DNA of 64,000 nt. Origin: Deltaproteobacteria bacterium. Lineage in GTDB: Bacteria > Myxococcota_A > Polyangia > Polyangiales > Houyiibacteriaceae. The notes beneath the pieces were generated by a model, which worked only from the letters and a program-made list of their open reading frames with translations, was not told the origin of the DNA and searched no databases. Positions within the stretch are counted from its first letter, which is position 1. Each line of letters begins with the position of its first letter. The translations under genes were made by a program, and so were the position numbers. Positions 10,706-20,686 of this stretch are shown piece after piece. The DNA lies in the NCBI GenBank assembly GCA_034670305.1, contig JAXMNT010000008.1, forward strand, positions 1-64,000, written 5' to 3'.

Positions 10706-10800
10706 CCCTTGCCCTTGCGGACCCTTGCCCTTGCGGACCCTCGCCCTTGCTAACCCCGACCCGAACTCCGAACACCATGGGCAAGGGCAGGGGCAAGGGC
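10706..10800. repeat. Inverted hexamer tracts (CCCTTG)n...(GGGCAA)n enclosing short CCGA units
   Basis: CCCTTG units at 10706-10750, CCCCGACCCGAACTCCGAAC at 10754-10773, GGGCAAGGGCAGGGGCAAGGGC at 10779-10800. Confidence 0.85.
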
Positions 10801-10905
10801 ATCGCGCCTTTGGCGCTGGCAAGGGGGCTGCCGAACCGCAGGACCGCAGAACCGCAGGCTGCGTCCGCTCTTGACGCTGCCGGTCCGCGCGCAATGGTTG
10901 CCTGC

Positions 10906-11289
10906 ATGATGCGACCCCAGCCGATGATCGTGGTGCAAGACATTCCAGCCGCTTCGCAGTGGTTTCAAGACGTCCTGGGACTCACGTCCGGCCACGGTGG
11001 CGACGAGTACGAGATGCTGATGGATGGAGACGAGATGGTCGCGCAGTTGCACGGATGGGAAGCCCACGAGCATCCGCACCTCGGTGACGAAAGTGATCCA
11101 TCGCGTGGCAACGGGGTGCTGCTCTGGTTTGCGACCGATGCGTTCGACGCGCTCGTGGCGCGGGTCGAAGCAGCGGACGCGAAGGTCCTGGACGGGCCGC
11201 TCTACAACCCGAACGGTCGACAGCACGAGATCTGGCTCGAAGGTCCGGAAGGCTACCGCGTGGTCGTCGCCGGGCCGCGCAACCTGTGA
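10906..11289 (+). CDS. VOC/glyoxalase family protein
   Basis: MRPQPMIVVQDIPAASQWFQDVLGL, GNGVLLWF and GPEGYRVVV. Confidence 0.85.
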   Translation: MMRPQPMIVVQDIPAASQWFQDVLGLTSGHGGDEYEMLMDGDEMVAQLHGWEAHEHPHLGDESDPSRGNGVLLWFATDAFDALVARVEAADAKVLDGPLYNPNGRQHEIWLEGPEGYRVVVAGPRNL

Positions 11290-12011
11290 CCCCTCCGAGC
11301 GCACGCGGCGCCAAGCCGAAGGGCCGGCACCCGGAGCGGCATCGCTCGACGCGGATCGGGTGGCTTCGGGCGGCGGTGCTTGGCGCGAACGACGGAATCG
11401 TCTCGACCGCGAGTCTGGTGATCGGTGTGACTGCTGCGGGCGCCACCCAAGAAGAAGTGATGGTCGCAGGCGTCGCGGGGCTCGTGGCAGGCGCCATGTC
11501 GATGGCCGCTGGCGAGTACGTCTCGGTCAGTTCCCAAGCCGATACGGAGAACGCGGACCTCGACCGCGAACGACGCGAACTGGAGCAGGACTACGCGTAC
11601 GAGCGCAGAGAGCTGGCCGCGATCTACGTCGGACGTGGGCTGGACGAAACGCTCGCCGCCCAAGTCGCGGACCAGCTGATGGCGCACGAAGCACTCGGCG
11701 CGCACGCACGCGACGAGCTCGGCCTGACCGACACCGGTGGCGCCCGCCCAGTGCAAGCGGCGTTGGCATCGGCGGCTGCCTTCACCGGCGGCGCGGCACT
11801 GCCGCTGCTGCTCGGTTGGTTGAGCCCGCTCGCGTGGATCCCATGGATGGTCGCCAGCGGTTCGCTCGTCTTCCTGGCGGTCACCGGAGGGGTGGCGGCA
11901 CGGGCCGGCGGGGCGCGTGTTGCGGTCGGCGCCACGCGCGTGACCTTCTGGGGCGCGCTCGCGATGGCGGCAACCGCCGGGGTCGGCGCTCTCTTCGGCA
12001 CCGTCGCCTGA
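11286..12011 (+). CDS. VIT1/CCC1 family iron/manganese transporter
   Basis: WLRAAVLGANDGIVS and SMAAGEYVSVSSQAD motifs. Confidence 0.95.
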   Translation: MTPPSARGAKPKGRHPERHRSTRIGWLRAAVLGANDGIVSTASLVIGVTAAGATQEEVMVAGVAGLVAGAMSMAAGEYVSVSSQADTENADLDRERRELEQDYAYERRELAAIYVGRGLDETLAAQVADQLMAHEALGAHARDELGLTDTGGARPVQAALASAAAFTGGAALPLLLGWLSPLAWIPWMVASGSLVFLAVTGGVAARAGGARVAVGATRVTFWGALAMAATAGVGALFGTVA

Positions 12012-12029
12012 ACTCTCCGTTGTGAAGTC

Positions 12030-14297
12030 TCAGGCGGTCAGGGCGCACGCGCCTTCGCGCCAGGGCGGCGCGGGGAACGACGGGGCCACGTAGGTGATCT
12101 CCACGCGGGTTGGTGCGCCTGCGTCGCGCGGTGCGTGCAAACGCAGGCCCGCTTCGATCGCGCGGAGGCGGTGTTCGACGTCGCGTTCGAGCGCGCGCCA
12201 GAACGCGGGCGGCCGCGGCGCCCCATCGGCGTCGCCGGTGTCGAACACGTCGAGCGGCAATGGAAGCCCGAGCACGAAGACGCGGTCGTGGGCGTGCAGG
12301 TCCGGGACGTCCTCTTCCGCATGCAGCAGCGCGCCTTGGTAGCCGTGCTTGCGAAGCCACTGCGCCTCGGTATCGTCGCGCACACAGACAAGCGGGCGAG
12401 CGGCGGCGGCAGCGGCGGAAGACAGGTGCGCCTGCCAGAGCGCGGCCCAGGGCAACAGGTCGCCTTCGTCGGGCGCCAGCACGTGCCAGGTGCGGACGAC
12501 GTCGCGCTGCTCGGGCGCTTCGCATCGGCGCCAGACAAGGTCGGGGCAGAGCTGTGGATCGCGGAGCGCGGGGTCGGGCGCATCGGCGAGCAGCACGAAG
12601 CTCCGCTGGGTCCATGCCGGCAGGCACACCACACGCAGACCACCGTCGTCCTGCGTCTGGGTTTGAAGACGGCCTCCGAGCCGGAGCAAGCGCGTGATGG
12701 CGGCTTCGATCGCCGCCGCGTTCTCGAAGACATCTGGCGCGCGGCGAAGCGCAGCATCGATGCGGTCGCCGAGTTCGGGCGGCACTTCGAACGCGTCGGC
12801 GGCGTCCTCCGGGGCGGCGAGCCAACCCGCGAGCGGTGACTCCGCACGCGGCGCGGGGATCCACTCTGGGATGGTGGTGAGCCGACCGGCGAAGAAGAGG
12901 TCCACCACGATCGCGTCGTGCGCGTTCTGGACCCGCCGCTGTTTGAGTTCGGCGCGCCGCTTCTCTGCGTGCACGTGCCGGCGGAGCACGTCGACGGAGC
13001 TCGGCGAGAGCACCAGGGTTTCGATCGCGCGCACCGTGTGGAGCACGACGAGTTCATCGATGTGCCGGTGGTGAACGAATGCCGGGGTGTGCGTCGTCTC
13101 GATCACGCACGGCCCACGGGCGACGTCGCGCGCTGGGTCCCAGTCCGCGGCGCCGCTCTGATCCTCGAACGCGACCACCCGTTGCCCTTCACTCGGCGGC
13201 TTCAGCCCGCGCACCACCGATGCGCCGTCCGTGCCGGCAGGCAACTCGAAGACGTGGCGCCCTCCCCCCGCGATGGCCGACTCGAGCAACCCGGGGAGTT
13301 CGTCGATGGAAACCGTCTCGCGGGCCACCCGCGCGTCCCGTGTTCTCAGCGCGGCGCGCGCCCGTTCGATGCGGCGACCTGGATGACGCCACCACGCCGC
13401 GTACGCGTCCGGCACGTTCATGCGCAGCCACATGCGGACCTCGTGGGTGGGCGCGGTCCAGCACCGGAAGCCACCCTCTGGCAGGAAATCGATCGCGCTC
13501 GGGTTGTCGCCATCCGGAGGTCGGGTGCATCGGTCGCCTTCGAACACCGAACCCGCCGCTTCGAACATCGCGCGGCACAGTGATTCGGCTTCGGCGCACG
13601 TGTCTCCGGACACGCGCCGCGACCACGCGACCGCCGGCACCGCGTGGAGGTCGAGCGCCTCCCCTGCGAGGGACGCGACCACCTGCGGCGGTTCGCGCCC
13701 GACCACCGGCCCATAGAGAAACGTCGGCTGGCTCCACACCGCGGGCGCGAGATCGATCGGGCAGCCGAGCGTCTTGCCGAGGGCGGACAGGAACGCGGCG
13801 GCCCGGCCATGGAAGGTCTCTCGTGCGTCGTCGGGGACGAGTGGAATGATCGCGCGGAGCTTTCGCTCGAACGGGTCGATCACGTTGCGGCGCTGCACGA
13901 TGGCCGCGAGCCCCCAGCCCGCGAGGATCTCCACCAGTCGCGTTTCGGTCGCGTCCGTCGCCCCTTCGTCGATGTCCACGTGCAGCCCGCTGCGGAGCAC
14001 GACGTCGCCGGGACGGTTGGAACGAAACCCCTTCGGCGAGTGGTAGAGCCCAAGGTGCGGGTGTTCCCGTTTGTCCGCGAGCGACGGAAGCGACTGCGCC
14101 TTCTCGATGCGCTCCACCAAGGCCTTCCACGACTGGGGCCACGTCTCGACCCGCTTGGTGGGCTTGTCGAACTTCTCGCTGCCCCCCGCGAAGCTCGCGT
14201 GGCCGGCCTTCCAGATCGTGGTCACCAGCCGGCGGGCCACAGGCGCCGTGCACGCGCCAGGCACCACGGCATCGAGGCTGGTGTTCGAAGAGGTCAT
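12030..14297 (-). CDS. Large hypothetical protein: primase-polymerase (AEP/VirE-N-like) N-terminus plus degenerate helicase-like region
   Basis: VVLRSGLHVDID, KLRAIIPL and D-x-APAVWSQPTFLY resemble mobile-element primase motifs. HVFELPAGTDGAS resembles a decayed Walker A. Confidence 0.55.
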   Translation of the reverse strand: MTSSNTSLDAVVPGACTAPVARRLVTTIWKAGHASFAGGSEKFDKPTKRVETWPQSWKALVERIEKAQSLPSLADKREHPHLGLYHSPKGFRSNRPGDVVLRSGLHVDIDEGATDATETRLVEILAGWGLAAIVQRRNVIDPFERKLRAIIPLVPDDARETFHGRAAAFLSALGKTLGCPIDLAPAVWSQPTFLYGPVVGREPPQVVASLAGEALDLHAVPAVAWSRRVSGDTCAEAESLCRAMFEAAGSVFEGDRCTRPPDGDNPSAIDFLPEGGFRCWTAPTHEVRMWLRMNVPDAYAAWWRHPGRRIERARAALRTRDARVARETVSIDELPGLLESAIAGGGRHVFELPAGTDGASVVRGLKPPSEGQRVVAFEDQSGAADWDPARDVARGPCVIETTHTPAFVHHRHIDELVVLHTVRAIETLVLSPSSVDVLRRHVHAEKRRAELKQRRVQNAHDAIVVDLFFAGRLTTIPEWIPAPRAESPLAGWLAAPEDAADAFEVPPELGDRIDAALRRAPDVFENAAAIEAAITRLLRLGGRLQTQTQDDGGLRVVCLPAWTQRSFVLLADAPDPALRDPQLCPDLVWRRCEAPEQRDVVRTWHVLAPDEGDLLPWAALWQAHLSSAAAAAARPLVCVRDDTEAQWLRKHGYQGALLHAEEDVPDLHAHDRVFVLGLPLPLDVFDTGDADGAPRPPAFWRALERDVEHRLRAIEAGLRLHAPRDAGAPTRVEITYVAPSFPAPPWREGACALTA

Positions 14298-14384
14298 TGA
14301 GACAACCGCGAACACTCTACTCGCTTGCCTTTCGTAGTCGGTCAGCGAACGGGGTTGCCGTCGTTGGCAGCCCCCCGTCGAGGG

Positions 14385-15992
14385 TCACTCCCCGATGCGA
14401 CGACACGACATCGTGCCGCCCCGAATCTCGCACTGCACCGCACACGACGCGCTTGCCTCCGCGTTGCCGTCCGCCGCGATCAGACACTCCATCCAGCCGA
14501 GGGCCATGGTTCGATACAACGCCGACCCGGCAACGGTGTGCCCAGTTCCAGGAATGTCCACCGCGATGGGGTCGGCGCAGTCCGGGATCGGTTGGTCGGC
14601 TGAACGACAGGTCACCAGCTCTGCCGTCGCATCGTGGTCCAAGAAGCTCGCGTGTCCGAGCGAACGTCCGGTCTCTCGCAAGCGGGTGATCTCCTGCAGC
14701 GTCGGACCGTAGACATCTGTGAACACGTCCTCGGCACCGCAAAGGACGGTGTAGTCGCGGGTCGTGGTTCCGAGGAGAACCGGTGCGTCGATGCAGCCCT
14801 CGCCCGCCACGCACCGGCCTTCGATGTCCGCCAGAAGCTCTTGAGCACGGAAGCCACGCGCGTGCCGGATGACACCGTCGTATACCTCGCCCATCGTCCA
14901 GGAAGGGGGCTGACACAGCGCCCAGAGCTCCTCGCCTTCAAGCCAATGCCATCCTCGGTTCGCGGAGGCGGCGTCCTTGTGGCGTCGAAACGCGTCGTAG
15001 TCTGCACCGCCTCCGTCGGGGAGGTATCCGAGCACGGGCGTCTCGAGAGAGTCCGCAGACAGGCGGCCGGCCGCCATGAACGTCGAGACGCCACCCGACG
15101 ATCCGCCGGTCAAGAAGACGCCGCTTGGCGCGTACTCGCGTTGCACGAACCGCAGCGCCGCCCGCAGCGCGTCGTAGCCCCAGGGTGTGCGGTCGCGGTG
15201 GACCTCGGCGTCTTCGGGATCGCCGCCGAGGTTGTCGCGCGCACATCCGCTGAGCTCCACGAATCCCCAGTCCGGATGGACGCGCCGCGCCTCCTCGACG
15301 AGCGGGTTGAAGGGACTTCGGTCGAGGCCCTCGTACGCCGGGGCATCGCCCAGCCACTGGCGGTCGGCGGCCATCCGCCACATGCCCGCTTCGTTCGCCT
15401 TCGTGAACATGCTCGGCAAGCCGCCGACGCGAGAACTTCGGTGAAGCGCACACCCCACATCGCCAGCGGCGCACTCCAGGGCGAGCGCGCTGCCAGGCCA
15501 GGGCATGATGACCTCGTCCTGAGATTGTGGGTCTGCGGCGTCGAGCGGCGTCGTCCAACGGGTGTCTTCCGCAATGGACATCCCGCCGGCGTCCAGCAGC
15601 ACCATCCACGTGGTGTTGAGCGGGCGCGTCGCCGGCTCGATCACGTCGAACTCGGTGTGCCCCCAGTCCGCGTCGTCGTAGTGGGGGGCCGCCGGGTCGT
15701 CGAGATCGGTGAACCGATCGGGCTGGAAGCAGCGGTACGCCCAGACGTTGTTGGGGTCCATCGAGCGGATCTGGTAGCGCGTCCGCACACGTCCGTCCTC
15801 GAGCACTTGAGGGAAGCCCTCGAGGGGCGTCACACGAATGTCGTCGCAGTGGCCAGCGCAGTCCGGACCCACGTCTGGAGCGACGTCGGACGTTGCTGCG
15901 TCGGGCAAAGCTGCATCCGTCTCAGGTGGTGTATCTGGGGCCGGGCTGCACGCGAAGAGCAGGCCGGCGAAGTAGCAGAGTGGGTGTCGCAT
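14385..15992 (-). CDS. Secreted Cys-rich alpha/beta-hydrolase-like lipoprotein
   Basis: MRHPLCYFAGLLFAC lipobox and VFLTGGSSGG nucleophile elbow. Confidence 0.75.
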   Translation of the reverse strand: MRHPLCYFAGLLFACSPAPDTPPETDAALPDAATSDVAPDVGPDCAGHCDDIRVTPLEGFPQVLEDGRVRTRYQIRSMDPNNVWAYRCFQPDRFTDLDDPAAPHYDDADWGHTEFDVIEPATRPLNTTWMVLLDAGGMSIAEDTRWTTPLDAADPQSQDEVIMPWPGSALALECAAGDVGCALHRSSRVGGLPSMFTKANEAGMWRMAADRQWLGDAPAYEGLDRSPFNPLVEEARRVHPDWGFVELSGCARDNLGGDPEDAEVHRDRTPWGYDALRAALRFVQREYAPSGVFLTGGSSGGVSTFMAAGRLSADSLETPVLGYLPDGGGADYDAFRRHKDAASANRGWHWLEGEELWALCQPPSWTMGEVYDGVIRHARGFRAQELLADIEGRCVAGEGCIDAPVLLGTTTRDYTVLCGAEDVFTDVYGPTLQEITRLRETGRSLGHASFLDHDATAELVTCRSADQPIPDCADPIAVDIPGTGHTVAGSALYRTMALGWMECLIAADGNAEASASCAVQCEIRGGTMSCRRIGE

Positions 15993-16004
15993 GAGGCCCC
16001 ACTG

Positions 16005-16020
16005 AGCAGCAACCGTGCCA
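16005..16020 (-). promoter_or_regulatory. Sigma54 -24/-12 promoter for the gene starting at 15992
   Basis: Minus strand reads TGGCACGGTTGCTGCT (GG-N10-GC). Confidence 0.7.
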
Positions 16021-16042
16021 TGCGCCGTGCTACAAAGATCCG

Positions 16043-17347
16043 ATGGAGGAACGCACCGTTCGACACGCGGTCCCACACGCTCCACTGCGCGGCGTGCAGG
16101 TCGAGGTCGTCGACGGCCCAGATGCAGGTGCGGTGGTGTCCGCGGCCGGAGACAGTGTGTCGCTCGGCTCGGCCAAGGACAACGATCTGGTGCTCACCGA
16201 TCCGACGGTCTCGCGCTACCACGTCGAACTCCGCAACGGGCCCACTGGGCTGCGGGTCCGAGATCTCGAATCGACCAACGGCACATTCGTGTCGGGCGTG
16301 CAGGTACACGACGCTACGGTCACCGCCGGAACCACGCTCACCCTTGGCTCGACCCGAATCCGAATCGAGACGTCGAAACCGCGAGAACAACCCCTCTTCG
16401 AAGGGGACGAGCTGGCCGGGATCCGCGGCCGCAGTGTCGCGATGCGGACGCTGATGATGCGCGTCCAGCGTTTGGCCGAGAGCGACGCGGCGGTCCTTCT
16501 ACGCGGCGAGTCCGGGACGGGCAAGGAGCTCGTCGCACAGTCGCTTCATTCGCTCGGTCCACGCGCTGCGGGCCCGTTCGTGACTGTCGATTGCGGCTCG
16601 ATCGCGCCGGCGCTGGTGGCGAGCGAACTCTTCGGACACGAGCGTGGCGCGTTCACCGGTGCCGACCGCCGCCGCGAGGGTGCGTTCGAGCGCGCCCACG
16701 GCGGCACGCTCTTTCTCGACGAACTCGGTGAACTGCCGGCGTCGCTCCAGCCGACGTTGCTCGGGGTTCTCGAGCGACGTCGATTCACGCGCGTCGGGGG
16801 TTCGCAGGAACTCACCGTAGACGTGCGTTTGGTCGCAGCCACCCATCGCGATCTTCGCGCCGACATCAACGAGGGACGCTTCCGGCTGGATCTCTATTAC
16901 CGTCTCGCCGTCGTCAAACTGGGGATCCCGCCCCTGCGCGAACGCGTCGACGACATCCCGCTTCTGGTCGAACATCTCCTCGCTGCGTGCGGCGCGCAGG
17001 ACGACGCCGCCCGGCTCTTCCCGCCAATCGCCATCGATGCGATGCAGCGGCACCGGTGGCCAGGGAATGTGCGCGAGCTCCGGAACTTCGTGGAAGCCAC
17101 GCTCGCGATGGGGGAGCGACCCGAGCTGGAACTGTTGGAGCTGCCGGAGGGCGCGGCGGACCCGATCGGCGCGCTGCTGGAACTGCCGTGGAAAGAAGCG
17201 CGCGGCGCGCTCTTGGCGCAACTCGAGCGACGCTACCTCGACCGGTTGATGGAGCGGAGCGGGGGCAATGTCTCCAAGGGAGCGCGCATCGCCAAAATGG
17301 ACCGGTCTCATCTGACCGACCTGCTTCGGCGACACGGGCTGCGCTGA
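16043..17347 (+). CDS. FHA-domain sigma54-dependent enhancer-binding protein (AAA+ and HTH)
   Basis: FHA motifs VSRYH and DLESTNGT, then GESGTGKE, GAFTGA, LFLDE and WPGNVRELRN. Confidence 0.95.
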   Translation: MEERTVRHAVPHAPLRGVQVEVVDGPDAGAVVSAAGDSVSLGSAKDNDLVLTDPTVSRYHVELRNGPTGLRVRDLESTNGTFVSGVQVHDATVTAGTTLTLGSTRIRIETSKPREQPLFEGDELAGIRGRSVAMRTLMMRVQRLAESDAAVLLRGESGTGKELVAQSLHSLGPRAAGPFVTVDCGSIAPALVASELFGHERGAFTGADRRREGAFERAHGGTLFLDELGELPASLQPTLLGVLERRRFTRVGGSQELTVDVRLVAATHRDLRADINEGRFRLDLYYRLAVVKLGIPPLRERVDDIPLLVEHLLAACGAQDDAARLFPPIAIDAMQRHRWPGNVRELRNFVEATLAMGERPELELLELPEGAADPIGALLELPWKEARGALLAQLERRYLDRLMERSGGNVSKGARIAKMDRSHLTDLLRRHGLR

Positions 17348-17366
17348 ACGCCACGGGTGCCGGATT

Positions 17367-17400
17367 GCGGGGTCGACCCCTCAACCCGCGGGGCCGACCC
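17367..17400 (+). promoter_or_regulatory. Candidate enhancer (UAS): tandem GCGGGGYCGACCC sites
   Basis: GCGGGGTCGACCC (17367-17379) and GCGGGGCCGACCC (17388-17400), 21 bp apart and about 100-135 bp upstream of a sigma54 site. Confidence 0.55.
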
Positions 17401-17500
17401 GGCAGAAGCGTTCGAGTGCGAAGGGGTGTTCCGGGCACACGCGCGGTTCGAGGCCCTGCGCGGCTCCTTCAGGAATCGCGGCGGCGACCGCCGCGCGCAT

Positions 17501-17516
17501 AGGCACGGGTGGTGCA
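17501..17516 (+). promoter_or_regulatory. Sigma54 -24/-12 promoter for the gene starting at 17529
   Basis: AGGCACGGGTGGTGCA (GG-N10-GC). Confidence 0.6.
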
Positions 17517-17528
17517 CTGGACGACCGC

Positions 17529-18923
17529 ATGCACCATTCGAAACTCTTCATCGCCTTGTTCGCGCTCGCGTGCACTGGCTCTTCCGCTTTGCCCTCACGC
17601 GACGCCGGACCCGCCTCAGATGCCGGTGCAGCAAACGATGCCGGCTCCGTCGACGACGCGGGCATGGCGCGATTGGACGCCACCGATCCGACGGACGGAG
17701 GCGCCATCGGAGGGAACGGCATGCACCGCATCACCGTGCCGCTCCCCTCCGGCGGGTCCGACGAAGTGTGGATCTACGCAGCGGCGCCTCCAGCCGGCGC
17801 CGACCTGCCGGTGGTCGTCTACGGGCACGGGCTCAACGTCGAGCTGACGAACTGCGCACCCGAGGCCGGGCCCGGTGGGTTCGACAGCTTCACCAGTGTG
17901 CTGGGCGACCACGCCTTTGGTGTGGACTCGGTGGCCGAGCTCCTCGCAGAAGAGGGGTACCTGGGGATCGCCGTGCTGTATCGCAACAAGGGGGACGGCG
18001 CGCCCGGCGTTGGACGCGTCCGGGTCCGTGATCACCACCTCCGCGACGCCAGCGCCCTACTCGCGGCCGCCGCCTGGGCACGCGACGTCCACGGGCAAGG
18101 CAGCGACCGCGTCGCGGTCATCGGGTTCTCGATGGGCACGTGGCCAGCGATGTGGGCCGGCAGCGACGCGCCCGAACTCGCGTCCCTCCAGGCAGGTCTC
18201 GACCTCCGGACCGTGGTCCTCCAAGGGCAAACCGCGAACCACCTGACCAATGCGGCGGAGCCTGGATGCGGCCGCGGCGAACTGCCCATCGGCACCTATG
18301 CGATCCTCGAGGCCCTCGGGAAGATGGTGGATGAGGTGCGGGTGGAGGACCTGAGAGGGGACACCGTCGTGGGGGAACTCGTCGCGGAGTTGCTGCTGCC
18401 GCTGGGGGTCGACCTCTTCGAAGAGATCTACTTCATGCCGAGCGACACCACCCTGACGCAGTGCCTCGTCGAGCACATTCCCGCGATCTGTTCCCGTCCC
18501 TGCTTTCGCGCGATGATCGCCCGCCGCACCGGCGGCGTCATGCCCGACGACCGCGACCTCTACCGAGCGCCGATGTTCGAGGCGGCCGACCTGCTCTGTG
18601 AGCTGAGCCCGACCGCGGGCGACCCTGGTGTGGACCACCCCAACCCTGTGATTCGCACGATGCGCGCCGGCTCACCGGCGCTCTCCGCGAACGCGATGAT
18701 CGTTCCGCGGGTGCTCCCGCTGTTCGCGGTGGGCGACTCGAACTACCACGAAGCGTCCCTCGAACTGCTGACGCGGCGCCTGGTCGACATGGACGTGATC
18801 ACGCCGGCGACACCCGTTCCTCTCGGCGAAGAGTGCGAGCACGGGAGCTACCTGAGCCGCGGTCGGCCTCAATGCGGACTGGACCACACGCTGGAAGAAC
18901 TCACCCTCGCCTTCGCGGAGTGA
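17529..18923 (+). CDS. Secreted alpha/beta hydrolase lipoprotein
   Basis: LFALAC lipobox, PVVVYGHG and VIGFSMG motifs. Confidence 0.85.
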   Translation: MHHSKLFIALFALACTGSSALPSRDAGPASDAGAANDAGSVDDAGMARLDATDPTDGGAIGGNGMHRITVPLPSGGSDEVWIYAAAPPAGADLPVVVYGHGLNVELTNCAPEAGPGGFDSFTSVLGDHAFGVDSVAELLAEEGYLGIAVLYRNKGDGAPGVGRVRVRDHHLRDASALLAAAAWARDVHGQGSDRVAVIGFSMGTWPAMWAGSDAPELASLQAGLDLRTVVLQGQTANHLTNAAEPGCGRGELPIGTYAILEALGKMVDEVRVEDLRGDTVVGELVAELLLPLGVDLFEEIYFMPSDTTLTQCLVEHIPAICSRPCFRAMIARRTGGVMPDDRDLYRAPMFEAADLLCELSPTAGDPGVDHPNPVIRTMRAGSPALSANAMIVPRVLPLFAVGDSNYHEASLELLTRRLVDMDVITPATPVPLGEECEHGSYLSRGRPQCGLDHTLEELTLAFAE

Positions 18924-18930
18924 AGTGGTG

Positions 18931-19530
18931 CTACGGCACCTGACCGAGCCGGGAACAAGCGACGACATGGCTGACATCGCACGCGCCGCCGACCACATCG
19001 AGATCCATCTCCATCTCGGGCGTCTGTTCGAGGACGGTGGGACACGAACTGACGCAGCCCACCACCCGATCCTCGGGCAAGAAGCCGTCGTCGGAGACCT
19101 CCTCACACGGCGCGCCCACGAACGTGAGCCGGCTCAGCAAGGGCTCGGCCTGAATGGCAGCGACCTCTTCCGAATGCCCGCCGATCTCGACCAGCTGATC
19201 AATGATGTACGCCTGCGCGTCGAGGGTGCCCACCGGGGGCGGCGCCATCGGGAACTTCAAGCGAAGCGCGAGTGGACACGTGCCTACGCACGAGCGGCGG
19301 ATCGATTCGGGGCGGCAGCGCGGCAGGCCCGTGAGCAAGACGTAGTCGAGCACGAAGCACCCGCCACGATCGGGATCGATTCGGGTCGTCAAACGGGACC
19401 CATCGAGCGCCGTGCACCGGAAGCCGAGCGACTCGTCACTCACGACGATCGAGACCTCTCGGTCGACGGTGCAGCCGGCCGACCACAGCATCCCCACCAC
19501 AAGCGCCATGCGCCATGACGCGGATCGCAT
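18931..19530 (-). CDS. Cys-rich hypothetical lipoprotein
   Basis: MRSASWRMALVVGMLWSAGC N-terminus. TGATG coupling to the upstream PEGA gene. Confidence 0.7.
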   Translation of the reverse strand: MRSASWRMALVVGMLWSAGCTVDREVSIVVSDESLGFRCTALDGSRLTTRIDPDRGGCFVLDYVLLTGLPRCRPESIRRSCVGTCPLALRLKFPMAPPPVGTLDAQAYIIDQLVEIGGHSEEVAAIQAEPLLSRLTFVGAPCEEVSDDGFLPEDRVVGCVSSCPTVLEQTPEMEMDLDVVGGACDVSHVVACSRLGQVP

Positions 19531-20675
19531 CACGGCGCCGCCGCGGGTTCGACGAAGCCGACGTTCAGCCGGACCCCGGGCTCGTAGAGGACGAGGGTGG
19601 TGACCGCGACCGCGATCCCGATGCCGGCGGTCAGGAGCACCCAGAGCCATGGGTTGCGCCACAGTGGTCTGAGTTCGACCACCCCGCCCTGCTGCAGCAG
19701 TTCGAGGAGCGCACTGTCGAGCCCTTCGGCCAGGTCCGCTCGTGGCATCGATCGCTCGACGCGCCCCTGTACTTCCCCCGCTTCAGCCATCGCGCCACGG
19801 ATGCGGACGTTCTCTCCTTCGCGTTCGGCCCGCAGAAAGACGAGTCCGCGTCGCACACGCAGCGCCGGCATCAGCAGCCGCAACGAGAGCGCGGAGTCCG
19901 GCTGGTCGCTCAGCGCAAACCGTCGTGCCCATTGTTGCCCCGCCAGCTCGGGCGACGCGCGGTCCAGTTCGATCGAGAGCGTGTCGTCGGCGCGGGCATC
20001 GACGTGCACGACCCGATGGGTGGACACGAATCCATCCGCCTCCACACGCACGACGTGGTCGCCGTGAGGCAACTCGACCGCACATGGGGTGGGACACCAC
20101 TGAACGCGGGCGTCGACTTGCACCCTCGCGCCGGGCGCGCCCGGGGTCTCGATGGTCACGACCGTGCGGGCGCCGTTCGACACCACCTCTGCCGACTCCG
20201 CGACGTGCAGCTCGACGCTGGGGCTCATGCGCTCGATCTCCATCGGTACATCGAGCGCAAGCACGGCGTGGTCTTGGGCCGCACGCTCGGCTGCCGCCAC
20301 GTCCGGGAGTCCTGCCGCACAGGCGATCCGCCAGAGGTTCAGTCGCGCGGCCAGCGACGCTTCGCCCGCGCCCAGCGTGTCGAGCACCACCGCGCCGTCG
20401 CGCAGCCGTGCATGGCACTGGTCGAAGTCTCCCTCCGCGTACTGCTGACGAACCGCAGCCAAGACCGCACTCGGAGGTCGGGCGGCGGCTGCCTCGTGGG
20501 CCGCAGGCAAGGCCGCGAAGCGCAGGTTGACGTAGTCCGGGGGAGTCTGCCGCAACGCCTGCACCACCGAGACCGCCTCGTCCCCGGAAGTCGCGACGGT
20601 GATGGTCGGAAGCGGCTCCTCCGTCGCGCATGCGCCGAGCAGCAGCGCCATCACGCAAGGTGTGCACCGAATCAT
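19530..20675 (-). CDS. PEGA-domain membrane-anchored protein
   Basis: LLGAC lipobox, PGARVQVD...TPCAVELPHGDHVVRVEADGF PEGA segment and C-terminal PLWRNPWLW TM. Confidence 0.8.
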   Translation of the reverse strand: MIRCTPCVMALLLGACATEEPLPTITVATSGDEAVSVVQALRQTPPDYVNLRFAALPAAHEAAAARPPSAVLAAVRQQYAEGDFDQCHARLRDGAVVLDTLGAGEASLAARLNLWRIACAAGLPDVAAAERAAQDHAVLALDVPMEIERMSPSVELHVAESAEVVSNGARTVVTIETPGAPGARVQVDARVQWCPTPCAVELPHGDHVVRVEADGFVSTHRVVHVDARADDTLSIELDRASPELAGQQWARRFALSDQPDSALSLRLLMPALRVRRGLVFLRAEREGENVRIRGAMAEAGEVQGRVERSMPRADLAEGLDSALLELLQQGGVVELRPLWRNPWLWVLLTAGIGIAVAVTTLVLYEPGVRLNVGFVEPAAAP

Positions 20676-20686
20676 GGGTGGGTCGC

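Noticed and set aside
12030-14297. Prophage or ICE
   Set aside because: No integrase, att-like repeats, or structural or conjugation genes nearby.
14317-14916. Alternative 199-aa minus ORF suggesting a frameshift
   Set aside because: Arg-rich off-frame translation. The main lipoprotein frame is continuous to 14385.
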